A stretch of DNA of 64,000 nt from an uncultured bacterium (lineage in GTDB: Bacteria; Desulfobacterota_D; UBA1144; Nemesobacterales; UBA2774): contig CAWGRW010000009.1 in assembly GCA_963825135.1 (NCBI GenBank), positions 1,025,008 through 1,089,007 on the forward strand, written 5' to 3'. A program made the position numbers and the translations under genes. Shown here one piece after another: positions 20,281-28,843 of this stretch. The notes beneath the pieces were generated by a model. It was not told where the DNA came from, did not search any database, and worked only from the letters and a program-made list of their open reading frames with translations. The first letter of the stretch is position 1, and the number at the start of each line of letters is the position of its first letter.

Positions 20281-21183
20281 ATGCTCTATAAAAATTTTAC
20301 GCATGCCAAAATCGAAACCTCGGGCGCTCTGATAAACCTCGTACACGGGGGGAAAGGAAAGCCCCTACTTCTGCTGCACGGATACCCGGAGACGCACGCG
20401 ATGTGGCACGCTTACCGCGCCAAGGCTCGCGGAAAGACCTTCCACGTCGTATGCATTGACCTCCGAGGCTACGGCGACAGCTCGAAGCCCGAGTCCACAC
20501 CTGACTACTACACTTATTCAAAGCGCGCGATGGCGAAGGATTGCATCGAGGTGATGGAGGCCCTCGGATATAAGAGATTCTTCGTAGCGGGGCACGACAG
20601 GGGCGCGAAGGGTCACGCACCGGATGGCGCTCGATTATCCGGAGCGCATAGAAGGCCGCCTGCGTCATGGACATCGCCCCCACGCATACGATGTTCAAGC
20701 GCGCCGACAAGGCGTTCGCAACAGGCTACTACCACTGGTTCTTTTTAATCCAGCCCGACGGTCTCCCGGAAAAAATGATCGGGTGCGACCCGGAATACTA
20801 TCTGAGAGAGAAGCTAAGGCGGTGGAGTGCGCCGGGAGCGCGGTTCGATGAGAATGCGGTAAGGGAGTACGTGTGGTGCTTCAGCGACCCCGCCGCCATA
20901 CACGCGAGCTGCGAGGATTACAGGGCCGCAGCTACAATCGACCTCGTTCACGACGAGGAAGATTTCAGGTAAGAAGATCGCGTGTCCGCTGCTGGTGCTC
21001 TGGGGTGCAAAGGGGTTCATCAACCGGACGTACGATGTAATCGACACGTGGAGGGAAAAAGCCGTAGACGTAAGTGGGAATACGCTCGACTGCGGCCACT
21101 TCCTCCCCGAGGAAAAACCGGACGAAGTATGCGACGAGCTCATTAAATTCTTCTACGTCGATATAACCCTTGGTCAATTCTGA
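20281..21183 (+). pseudogene. Alpha/beta-hydrolase (haloacetate dehalogenase / epoxide hydrolase-like family) disrupted by three frameshifts
   Basis: A continuous homolog ([15 protein letters not shown]...FVAGHDRGA | [16 protein letters not shown] | [16 protein letters not shown]...LVHDEEDF | [16 protein letters not shown]...[11 protein letters not shown]) can only be read by switching frame near 20605, 20655 and 20965. Confidence 0.75.
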
Positions 21184-21648
21184 TCGGTAAAGAAATTCAA
21201 GGCCGGAAATAGCCCCCGCGTCCTCCGTCCTGTACCTCAAATATTCCTTTCTCAGAAACTCCTCGAAGCAAGTCTGCGTCTCTATGGCTTCTCTTTCCGA
21301 GTACGCGAACAATACTACGAGGTGGCGGCTCTTCAAAGCGCCGGTCTTCTCGCGAATATATTGATATTCTTTCTCGGATAGCCCGTAGGAAATCCCGAAC
21401 TCGGGAGTTTCATCCGTAGTAAAGAATCCGTGGTTGCTCATTTTCTCGGCGACGGCGTCGCACATGGCTCTCCCGAATCTCTTCGTCTCTTCCACATCCT
21501 TTCTGAATAGACCGCCTATGAGCGCATATACGCCGCAATAGACCCTGGAATGATTATTCCTGATTATCCTGCATTTTGTATCCGGCAATTCCACAAGATA
21601 AAGCGGCGATGGAGATATCGCGTTTAAGATAATGTCCTTTACGGTCAC
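20965..21648 (-). CDS. Hypothetical protein (GTG start with a GAGGAGG RBS); its C-terminal ~70 codons overlap the hydrolase pseudogene on the opposite strand
   Basis: 227-codon ORF with balanced composition and a strong RBS. I recognise no family. The overlap with 20965-21183 makes the 3' part uncertain. Confidence 0.4.
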   Translation of the reverse strand: MTVKDIILNAISPSPLYLVELPDTKCRIIRNNHSRVYCGVYALIGGLFRKDVEETKRFGRAMCDAVAEKMSNHGFFTTDETPEFGISYGLSEKEYQYIREKTGALKSRHLVVLFAYSEREAIETQTCFEEFLRKEYLRYRTEDAGAISGLEFLYRSELTKGYIDVEEFNELVAYFVRFFLGEEVAAVERIPTYVYGFFPPRVDYIVRPVDEPLCTPEHQQRTRDLLT

Positions 21649-21845
21649 CGGAATTACCTCCTCAGCTTATTCATGCATATGCATATAAATATTACACGGG
21701 GGAACTTCCGCATGCAAAGCCATTTGACGAGAATGCCGAATAATCCCGCCATGGGGAGCCTCGCAAGGCTTCATTCGGATGGTCTCTAGTATAATCGGTC
21801 TTATATCCAGTTGTAGAAGGAAAGCTCCAAAAGCCCGCATTCCGA

Positions 21846-22466
21846 TCACCCCTCCCGCTCCCGGTGACTCCCGTACCATTCGAGGGCGTCTTCGAGCCTG
21901 TCGTTGCCCCAGAAGATCTCGCCGCCCGCAACAAAGCTCGGAGCGCCGAAAATGCCTCTTTCAATTGCGTCTTCGGTTGCGCGCCTTAGCTTCCCCTTAT
22001 TTTCTTCCGAAAGTGCGGATTGAATAATTCGCTCGGGGTCCTCCTCGAGCGACTCGAGCACGGAGGCAATCACGGCCTCGTCCGATATATCCCTGTTCTC
22101 CGCAAAATTGGCGATGAAAACGAGTTTTGAAAAACGTCGCCGCCACTCGCGGGATTCTGAAGCAAGCGCGACCCTCGAAGCGAGGACCCCGTTTCTCGGA
22201 AATGCTGACGGCTTACGAAATGTAATACCGTATTTGCCGGAGAGACGCTCGACGTCCCGCCACATGTACCTCCCCTTCGCTTCGTAAATGTTAAATGGCG
22301 ATGTGTCCCACCCCTGGCTCTTGAAGATAGGGCCCAGGAGAAACGGGCGCCATTCTGTCTCGACGCCTGCCGCCGAAGCCAGACCCTCGATTCTCATTGC
22401 GGAGAGAAAGGAATACGGACTTGCGAAATCATACCAGAACTCGAATTTAACCGGCGTTATCGTCAT
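21846..22466 (-). CDS. 2-hydroxychromene-2-carboxylate isomerase / DsbA-like thioredoxin-fold protein
   Basis: 206 aa. The N-terminal region FWYDFASPYSFL and C-terminal region GAPSFVAGGEIFWGNDRLE are typical of the HCCA isomerase family. Confidence 0.8.
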   Translation of the reverse strand: MTITPVKFEFWYDFASPYSFLSAMRIEGLASAAGVETEWRPFLLGPIFKSQGWDTSPFNIYEAKGRYMWRDVERLSGKYGITFRKPSAFPRNGVLASRVALASESREWRRRFSKLVFIANFAENRDISDEAVIASVLESLEEDPERIIQSALSEENKGKLRRATEDAIERGIFGAPSFVAGGEIFWGNDRLEDALEWYGSHREREG

Positions 22467-22572
22467 CCTGGCGTCGCCGAGGAAAGCTGCTGATACGAGC
22501 TTATCGGCCTCCTCTTTTACGGTGCGGGACCTTCGTTGAGCGGACTATATAATTAATATTTATGTCTCAGGA

Positions 22573-23061
22573 CTAAGCCCTCTGTCCGAGCTGGCCGTCG
22601 AGAAGCAGTATGGCGGAGCTGTTGTCTCCGGCGAATTTGAGCTTGTCCAGTATCTCGGTCGCGTTCTTTTCCTCCTCCACCTGTTCTCTGATAAACCAGT
22701 GGAGCTCGACAGACGTGGCGTGGTCGTTCTCGTTAATCGCTTTTTCGTAGAGCTTGTTAATCATCCCCGTAACCTCTCTTTCATGGTCGAGGACCTGCTG
22801 GAACATATCGGCGAGCGATTTGTATTTCGTTTGCGGCTTTTCTATCGCCTGAAGGACTATCTGGCCGTCACGGTCGATGACATAATCGAAGAGCTTCATC
22901 GCGTGCCCGAGCTCTTCTGTGCTCTGTTTACGGAGCCACTTAGCAAAACCCCTTAAATTTATAGACTCGCAGTGAGCAGCCATCGAAAGATACGTGTATG
23001 AAGCGAAATACTCGTTTTTTATCTGATTGTTAAGCGCGTCCTGAATTTCCTTGCTGAGCAT
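22573..23061 (-). CDS. Ferritin (non-heme, FtnA-like)
   Basis: 162 aa. Ferroxidase-centre residues in a ferritin-like four-helix pattern (NQIKNEYFASYTYLSMA, EELGHAMKLFDY, DHEREVT). Confidence 0.85.
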   Translation of the reverse strand: MLSKEIQDALNNQIKNEYFASYTYLSMAAHCESINLRGFAKWLRKQSTEELGHAMKLFDYVIDRDGQIVLQAIEKPQTKYKSLADMFQQVLDHEREVTGMINKLYEKAINENDHATSVELHWFIREQVEEEKNATEILDKLKFAGDNSSAILLLDGQLGQRA

Positions 23062-23159
23062 TACAGCCTCCTTGACCGATTATATTGAGCTTGAGACCCC
23101 TTCAGAAACCTGGAATATCTTGTCATTAAAATTATCCCACAATGGATATCTAATTTCAA

Positions 23160-23184
23160 GTAATTATCATTTGGGAATAATTAC
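23160..23184. promoter_or_regulatory. AT-rich inverted repeat (GTAATTATC...GAATAATTAC) upstream of the ferritin gene; candidate Fur/PerR-type operator
   Basis: 9-bp arms (8/9 match) about 100 bp upstream of the ferritin start. The AATTATCATT half resembles Fur-box half-sites. Confidence 0.3.
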
Positions 23185-23263
23185 CATCTGTTCCTGGTTA
23201 GGTTTGGGGATTGTCCGATCTCTCCGCTTTTGTAATATCCGTGGCTCATTTGGAGGTCTTGAA

Positions 23264-23434
23264 TTACCTCCATTTTCTGGCGACCAGGTAATAAAAACCG
23301 ACAAGCCCTCCTATCAGCCAGATGATGACCCCGAGGTTGAGCCTGCTTTTCGCATCGAACCCCAACGGGAGTTCCGACACCATCAAGAGGCATAGCGGCG
23401 TCCACAGGAGAAAAAATATAAGAAGCCCTTTCAT
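23264..23434 (-). CDS. Small hydrophobic membrane protein (56 aa), unannotated in the ORF track
   Basis: ATG at 23434, TAA at 23264. MKGLLIFFLLWTPLCLLMVSELPLGFDAKSRLNLGVIIWLIGGLVGFYYLVARKWR has two predicted TM helices. Confidence 0.25.
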   Translation of the reverse strand: MKGLLIFFLLWTPLCLLMVSELPLGFDAKSRLNLGVIIWLIGGLVGFYYLVARKWR

Positions 23435-23531
23435 GCAGGTCGTTTCTTCACTTTTAAGCTGTTTCCAATGATAATACTCGACGTAAGCCGAGTCTAATTA
23501 TAAAGCCTCCCTAAATAGATCGGCAAAAAAT

Positions 23532-24815
23532 GTGAACGACAACACAGGCGCGAAGACAAAGAAGAAAGAGATACTGAGCTGGTGTCTCTACGACTGGGCG
23601 TACTCCTCGTTTGCCACAACCGTCATTTCCGCTGTTTTACCTGTTTATTACAGCCGGGTGGCGGCCGTAGACCTGCCCGGGAACACCGCTACCGTGTATT
23701 GGGGCTACACGACCGTCCTTGCGCTGCTCGTGTCCGTACTGCTGGCCCCGGTGATGGGGGCCGTCGCCGATCATTCGGGAATCAAGAAGCGGCTGCTCCT
23801 CGTATTCGCGGCTATCGGAATATTTTCAACGGCGCTCCTCTACTATGTGACCAGCGGGGACTGGCTCCTGGCATCGCTCTTATTCATCTTCGGAAACATA
23901 GGCTTTTCGATGTCCGAGGTCTTCTACAACTCGATCCTTCCGAGCGTCGCCGGTCCCGAAGAGATCGACGGCGTCTCAGTCAAGGGGTACGCGCTCGGAT
24001 ACCTTGGGGGAGGGATACTCCTGGCCCTCGACATCGGACTGATAGAAATCATGACGGATAAGACGCTCGCTACACGCATATCTTTTATAACGGTCTCAGT
24101 ATGGTGGGCAATATTCACGATCCCCTTCATTCTGAACGTTAGAGAGCCCGCTGCGGCGAAGCGGAAAAAAATTGACGGCAATATACTCACCGCCGGCTTT
24201 AAGAGACTGGCTCTCACGTTCTCGGAGCTCAGAAGATACAAAGACCTCCTTCTCTTTCTCGCCGCATTCTGGATATACAACGACGGTATAGGAACGATAA
24301 GTAAAATGGCGACAATCTACGGAGCGGAGATCGGGATCAGTCAGGGGGTCCTCATCGGCGCGCTTCTGATGACACAGTTTGTCGGTATCCCGTTTTCGTT
24401 CGCATTCGGAAGACTGGCGGGCAAAATAGGCACGAAGAATTCGATAATGCTGGGGCTCTTCGTTTACACGATCATTTCGGTAGCCGGGTATTTCATGGAG
24501 ACGGCGCTCCATTTTTTCATCCTCGCGTTCCTGGTGGGGACGGTCCAGGGAGGAACGCAGGCGTTGAGCAGGTCTCTATACGGGTCGATGCTCCCGGGCG
24601 AGAGAACCGCGGAGTTCTTCGGGTTCTACGGCATGAGCTCGAAGTTTGCGGGTATCATAGGCCCGCTCGTATTCGCTTTGGTCTCTCAGCTGACCGGTAC
24701 GAGCCGTCTCAGCATTTTCTCGCTGATTATCTTCTTTATCACAGGCGCAATCCTGCTTAACCGAGTCGATGTCGACAGGGGCGTTCGCACCGCCCTCGAT
24801 AAAAGCCTTGTTTAA
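23532..24815 (+). CDS. MFS transporter
   Basis: 427 aa with about 12 predicted TM helices and MFS-like loop motifs. Confidence 0.8.
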   Translation: MNDNTGAKTKKKEILSWCLYDWAYSSFATTVISAVLPVYYSRVAAVDLPGNTATVYWGYTTVLALLVSVLLAPVMGAVADHSGIKKRLLLVFAAIGIFSTALLYYVTSGDWLLASLLFIFGNIGFSMSEVFYNSILPSVAGPEEIDGVSVKGYALGYLGGGILLALDIGLIEIMTDKTLATRISFITVSVWWAIFTIPFILNVREPAAAKRKKIDGNILTAGFKRLALTFSELRRYKDLLLFLAAFWIYNDGIGTISKMATIYGAEIGISQGVLIGALLMTQFVGIPFSFAFGRLAGKIGTKNSIMLGLFVYTIISVAGYFMETALHFFILAFLVGTVQGGTQALSRSLYGSMLPGERTAEFFGFYGMSSKFAGIIGPLVFALVSQLTGTSRLSIFSLIIFFITGAILLNRVDVDRGVRTALDKSLV

Positions 24816-24987
24816 TGGGCTAAGCGCGATTCGGGCTAAAATATCCGCGTTTCAAACCAACGAAAATCTCAATACCCGCAGGTTACTTGCGCATGGTTCC
24901 GGCCCGTCCGGCGACGAGCGAAAAAGGGCGACGTATCTTGAACAATAAAATGTAACAAACTGTCACTTAAGTATAAAAAAATAATAC

Positions 24988-25017
24988 TTGACAATATATT
25001 TTTGCATCTGTTAGGAT
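24988..25017 (+). promoter_or_regulatory. Sigma70-like promoter candidate upstream of dnaA (TTGACA, 17 nt spacer, TAGGAT)
   Basis: ttgacaatatatttttgcatctgttaggat. Confidence 0.35.
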
Positions 25018-25072
25018 GTAACCTACGGATTTGGGTGGGGCTTAATTCACATACTAAACCTAATTAAATAGC

Positions 25073-25102
25073 TATCCACAAGTTGTTGATGGATTGTGGA
25101 CA
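25073..25102. promoter_or_regulatory. Pair of DnaA-box-like sites flanking the annotated dnaA start
   Basis: TATCCACAA (25073-25081) and TTGTGGACA (25094-25102, inverted). The second overlaps the annotated GTG start. Confidence 0.4.
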
Positions 25103-26634
25103 AGTTGTCTTTCGATTTGGAGGAGCAGAGGAAATTGGCCGCTAAAAGAACGCCCCTGAAGCATAATCTCAGAACGCTTTTTACAGAAAAAAAGGATGAC
25201 GGAAAGGGGCTCGAGTTTTTTATAGGACAGTCTTTCCGTCCCACAAAATCACACCAGAGAAACGAGGACGCCGCCGAAAAGAACATAGACTGGGACGGTG
25301 TTCTCGAAAGAATTAAAAAGAAATCCAACCCCCAGGTATTCTTCTGGTTCGCGCCGCTCAGACCTGTATCCGAAACAGAAGATTCGATCACACTCCGGGC
25401 GAACAGCGAATTCGACAAAGACTGGATCAACAACCACTATCTCGAATTCATAGGGGACACGATAAGAGAGGTCCATGGAAAAACCTTATCGGTAATAATA
25501 GTTACGGAACAGGACAAATATTCCTCTCAGGAAGATAAAAAAGCGGGAGAAGAGCCCAAAGAATCGAGAGAGTCAGGACCCGGCAAGCTATATACGGGGT
25601 TTTTAAACCCGAGCTATTCTTTTGACAGGTTTATCGTCGGGCCGAGCAATCAGTTCGCGCACGCGGCTTCGACCGCGGTTGCAAGGAAACCGGGCGAAGC
25701 CTACAACCCTCTCTTTATTTACGGCGGGGTCGGCCTCGGAAAAACCCACTTGATAAATGCAATCGGCAACTACATCGTAAAAGCGACGTCCAACATGGCC
25801 AGGGTTTGCTGCATCTCGGCGGAACATTTTACCAACCAGGTCATAAACAGCATCAAGTCAAACAAGATGGAAGAGTTCAGAAACAGGTACAGGTTCGGGT
25901 GCGATATACTCCTGATAGACGATATACAGTTCATCGCCGGGAAAGAGAGCACGCAGGAAGAGTTCTTCCATACGTTCAACACGCTCTACGAATCCAAAAA
26001 ACAAATCGTGCTCACAAGCGATAAGTCTCCGAAGGACATGTCCTACCTCGAGGAAAGGCTGAGGTCGAGGTTCGAGTGGGGTCTCATTACGGATATTCAG
26101 CCCCCGGAAACGGAGACGAGGATTGCAATAATCAAGAACAAGGTCGAGGCGGGCGGGACTCCGCTGCCGAACGATGTAGCGCTGTACCTCGCTCAAAACA
26201 CTACTTCCAACATCAGAGAGCTGGAAGGCACTCTAACGAATATAATCGCCCACGCCAAGCTGCTCAAAACGGAAATTACACTCGACCTAGCGAAGGAAGT
26301 GCTCAGAACCATTCTGAAGCATCAGGACAAAAAGTTCCTGAGCATTGAGAGCATCCAAAGAGAAGTCGCGAATTTTTACAGCTTGAAGGTTCAGGATATG
26401 AAATCCAATAAGAAACAGAAGAACATCTCTCTGCCGAGACAGATTGCGATGTATCTCTCGAGAAGATATACAGGGGCCTCCTATCCGGAGATAGGGGAGA
26501 AGTTTGGCGGAAAGGATCACTCGACCGTCATCCACGCCGTAAAGAAAATAGAACAGAACCTGGGCCAGGACCCGTCGCTTGAAAATACGGTGAAATCGCT
26601 CTCGAGAAAAATCGAGGGTCTCATAAGTGGATAG
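25096..26634 (+). CDS. dnaA: Chromosomal replication initiator DnaA (the annotated GTG start lies inside a DnaA box; the real start is probably downstream, e.g. TTG 25135 with a GGAGGA RBS)
   Basis: DnaA domain I (WDGVLERIKK...FFWFAPL), AAA+ domain (GGVGLGKTHL, Walker B LLIDDIQF) and the C-terminal DNA-binding domain (...STVIHAVKKIE). Confidence 0.9.
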   Translation: MDKLSFDLEEQRKLAAKRTPLKHNLRTLFTEKKDDGKGLEFFIGQSFRPTKSHQRNEDAAEKNIDWDGVLERIKKKSNPQVFFWFAPLRPVSETEDSITLRANSEFDKDWINNHYLEFIGDTIREVHGKTLSVIIVTEQDKYSSQEDKKAGEEPKESRESGPGKLYTGFLNPSYSFDRFIVGPSNQFAHAASTAVARKPGEAYNPLFIYGGVGLGKTHLINAIGNYIVKATSNMARVCCISAEHFTNQVINSIKSNKMEEFRNRYRFGCDILLIDDIQFIAGKESTQEEFFHTFNTLYESKKQIVLTSDKSPKDMSYLEERLRSRFEWGLITDIQPPETETRIAIIKNKVEAGGTPLPNDVALYLAQNTTSNIRELEGTLTNIIAHAKLLKTEITLDLAKEVLRTILKHQDKKFLSIESIQREVANFYSLKVQDMKSNKKQKNISLPRQIAMYLSRRYTGASYPEIGEKFGGKDHSTVIHAVKKIEQNLGQDPSLENTVKSLSRKIEGLISG

Positions 26635-26864
26635 GAAGTGAATAACTATGTCGATAGATTTGTGGACAAGTCGGGAATTCGCGCTTTGAGAAAAATCCTG
26701 TGGGTCGATGTGGATAACTCGCCCTTATCATCAACAGGCTTGTGAACATTAAAATCCTTGTAGTTTAGATGAGTTCGAGTACTTTTCAACAATTTCACAG
26801 GCCCTACTATTATTACTACTATATATATATAATATGATTCAATGTATAAGCAGGAGTAGATACT
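26635..26864. other. Putative chromosomal replication origin (oriC) between dnaA and dnaN
   Basis: DnaA boxes: TGTGGATAA (26709-26717, perfect reverse complement of TTATCCACA), TGTGGACAA (26661-26669), TTATCATCA (26725-26733). An AT-rich stretch (26806-26850, ctattattactactatatatatataatatg) is a candidate unwinding element. Confidence 0.5.
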
Positions 26865-27965
26865 ATGAAGTTTAAGACGCAAGCAGAAAACTTTTCGCAA
26901 AAACTGGGCCTCGTACAGGGAATTTCCGAAAGGAGAGCAACGATGCCTGTGCTCTCCCATGTTCTTCTGAACGTCGACAAAAACAAAATAGGCATTTCAG
27001 CCACGGACCTCGAAACGACAATGAGCACGTGGTCCCCCGCTGAGGTATCGAAGGCGGGAAGCATCGCGGTTCCGGCCAGGAAGCTCTACGAGATAATAAA
27101 AGAGCTTGAGACGGGTGAAATAGAAGTCGAGGAGATCGGGAACCATTGGGTGGAGATCAGGTCAAGCTCCGCGGTATTCAAGATCGCGGGACTTCCGAGC
27201 GAAGACTTTCCGATCATCCCGGAGCTCCATTCGGATAACCTTTTTTCGGTAGAGAGCTCTCTGCTCGAAGAAATGATTTCAAAGACCATTTTTGCGGTAT
27301 CTCCGGATGAGCTGAGGCGGAACCTCGCAGGTATTTTTTTTGAAGAAGCAGGCAGCAAGAGTCTAAGGCTCGTGGCGACAGACGGCCACCGCCTCTCGTT
27401 AGTCGAAAAAAACATAGACAGCAGAGTGAAGTTCGGCAAGGGATTCGTTGTGCCGAAAAAAGGTGTTGCAGAATTGAGAAAGGTGCTTAAGCTCTCGGAC
27501 AAGGTAAGGATTGGGGCCGGCGACAACTTCTTCATGGCCGAGGGGGAGGATATCATATTAATCGCGAGACTCATCGACGCCGATTTTCCTGACTACCGTC
27601 AGGTTACTCCGGAAGTCACAAAAGCGACCCTCACGCTGGACAAGAACGAGTTTCTGAGGGCGCTCAAGCGGGTATCCATCCTCTCTTCGGAGAAGACCAG
27701 GAGCGTAAAGTTCATCATTAACAGCGGAGGCATGACGATGATCTCCGTCTCTCCCGAGGTGGGCGAGGCGAAGGAGACTGTACCGCTCGACTATTCGGGT
27801 GAGCCGATCGAGCTCGGGTTCAATGCACGATACCTGATGGATGTCCTTGAGGTAATTAACAAAGACAGAGTTCAGATAGGGCTCATCGACGAGCTTAGCC
27901 CCGCCGTTCTTAGACCCGAGGGCGATGAGGTTTATCTGTCCGTGATAATGCCTATGAGGGTTTAG
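26865..27965 (+). CDS. dnaN: DNA polymerase III beta sliding clamp DnaN
   Basis: 366 aa with a three-domain beta-clamp pattern. It lies immediately downstream of dnaA and the oriC-like spacer. Confidence 0.9.
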   Translation: MKFKTQAENFSQKLGLVQGISERRATMPVLSHVLLNVDKNKIGISATDLETTMSTWSPAEVSKAGSIAVPARKLYEIIKELETGEIEVEEIGNHWVEIRSSSAVFKIAGLPSEDFPIIPELHSDNLFSVESSLLEEMISKTIFAVSPDELRRNLAGIFFEEAGSKSLRLVATDGHRLSLVEKNIDSRVKFGKGFVVPKKGVAELRKVLKLSDKVRIGAGDNFFMAEGEDIILIARLIDADFPDYRQVTPEVTKATLTLDKNEFLRALKRVSILSSEKTRSVKFIINSGGMTMISVSPEVGEAKETVPLDYSGEPIELGFNARYLMDVLEVINKDRVQIGLIDELSPAVLRPEGDEVYLSVIMPMRV

Positions 27966-28032
27966 CGCTCCCCTTAACAGACTTACAATCGAACAAGCTT
28001 CCGTTTTTAGAATTATTGATAACTCTCGACAT

Positions 28033-28776
28033 ATGCTCGATCTGATATTCCCGGGTGCCTGCTCCGGATGCGACTCGCCGGTGGAATACAAAAGACTCGT
28101 ATGCGGGAGCTGCGCCGCCGAAATAAAGTTCGTCAGTGAGTTTGCCTCGTGTGAGAAGTGCGGCACTCCTTTCGGTTATTTCCGCGATACGGATGATGAA
28201 ATCGGGCGAAAAAGTGCTTCCGGGGGTGCGGCAGGTCATCTCTGCGGCAGGTGTTTGAGTGGGAAGTTCAGCTTTGCGGCTGCGCGCTCCGTCGCGCTTT
28301 ACGAGGGGAAAATAAGGGACATCATTCACCAGTTCAAATACGAGGGCAGGCTCGGCCTCGAAAGTTACCTGTCGGATATGATGATCAGGAATTTCCATTA
28401 TGTCCCGGGGAGTTTCGATCTTTTGGTCCCGGTCCCCATGCATATAAGCAAGCTCAGACAAAGGGAATACAACCAGTCGGCCGTCCTTGCATTGAGTCTC
28501 GCCCGCAGTGTGGGGGTTAGGTGCGACCTGCTCGGGTTTAAAAAAATCAGGGACACGCGGCCCCAGATCGAGTTCCGAAACGAGGACGAGAGGAGGAGAA
28601 ACGTAAGGGGAGCATTTTCGGTCACCTCTCCCGAATTGTTCAAGGAGAAGTCCATACTTCTGATAGACGACGTTTATACCACGGGGTCTACATCGGATGA
28701 ATGCGCAGCCGAGATCCTTAAATCCGGGGCGTCGAGAGTTGCGGTGTTCACCCTGTCCAGGGCGAAAGGGATGTAA
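28033..28776 (+). CDS. ComF family protein (double zinc ribbon plus phosphoribosyltransferase domain)
   Basis: N-terminal CxxC...CxxC zinc ribbon, C-terminal PRTase motif ILLIDDVYTTGST. Confidence 0.7.
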   Translation: MLDLIFPGACSGCDSPVEYKRLVCGSCAAEIKFVSEFASCEKCGTPFGYFRDTDDEIGRKSASGGAAGHLCGRCLSGKFSFAAARSVALYEGKIRDIIHQFKYEGRLGLESYLSDMMIRNFHYVPGSFDLLVPVPMHISKLRQREYNQSAVLALSLARSVGVRCDLLGFKKIRDTRPQIEFRNEDERRRNVRGAFSVTSPELFKEKSILLIDDVYTTGSTSDECAAEILKSGASRVAVFTLSRAKGM

Positions 28777-28843
28777 AATCTATTTGACTTTAAAAGGGAT
28801 TTACTTTAGATTTAAAGGGCTAGATTAAGTAATTTACTTAAAC

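Noticed and set aside
21672-21685. Palindrome ATGCATATGCAT upstream of ORF 20965..21648
   Set aside because: Short AT-rich palindromes like this occur by chance in promoter regions. There is no second copy or known motif match, so I did not call it a site.
25096-25134. GTG at 25096 as the true dnaA start codon
   Set aside because: It lies inside a DnaA-box 9-mer and precedes DnaA domain I homology by ~60 residues with no RBS. A downstream TTG with a GGAGGA RBS is more plausible, so the gene is kept but its start flagged.
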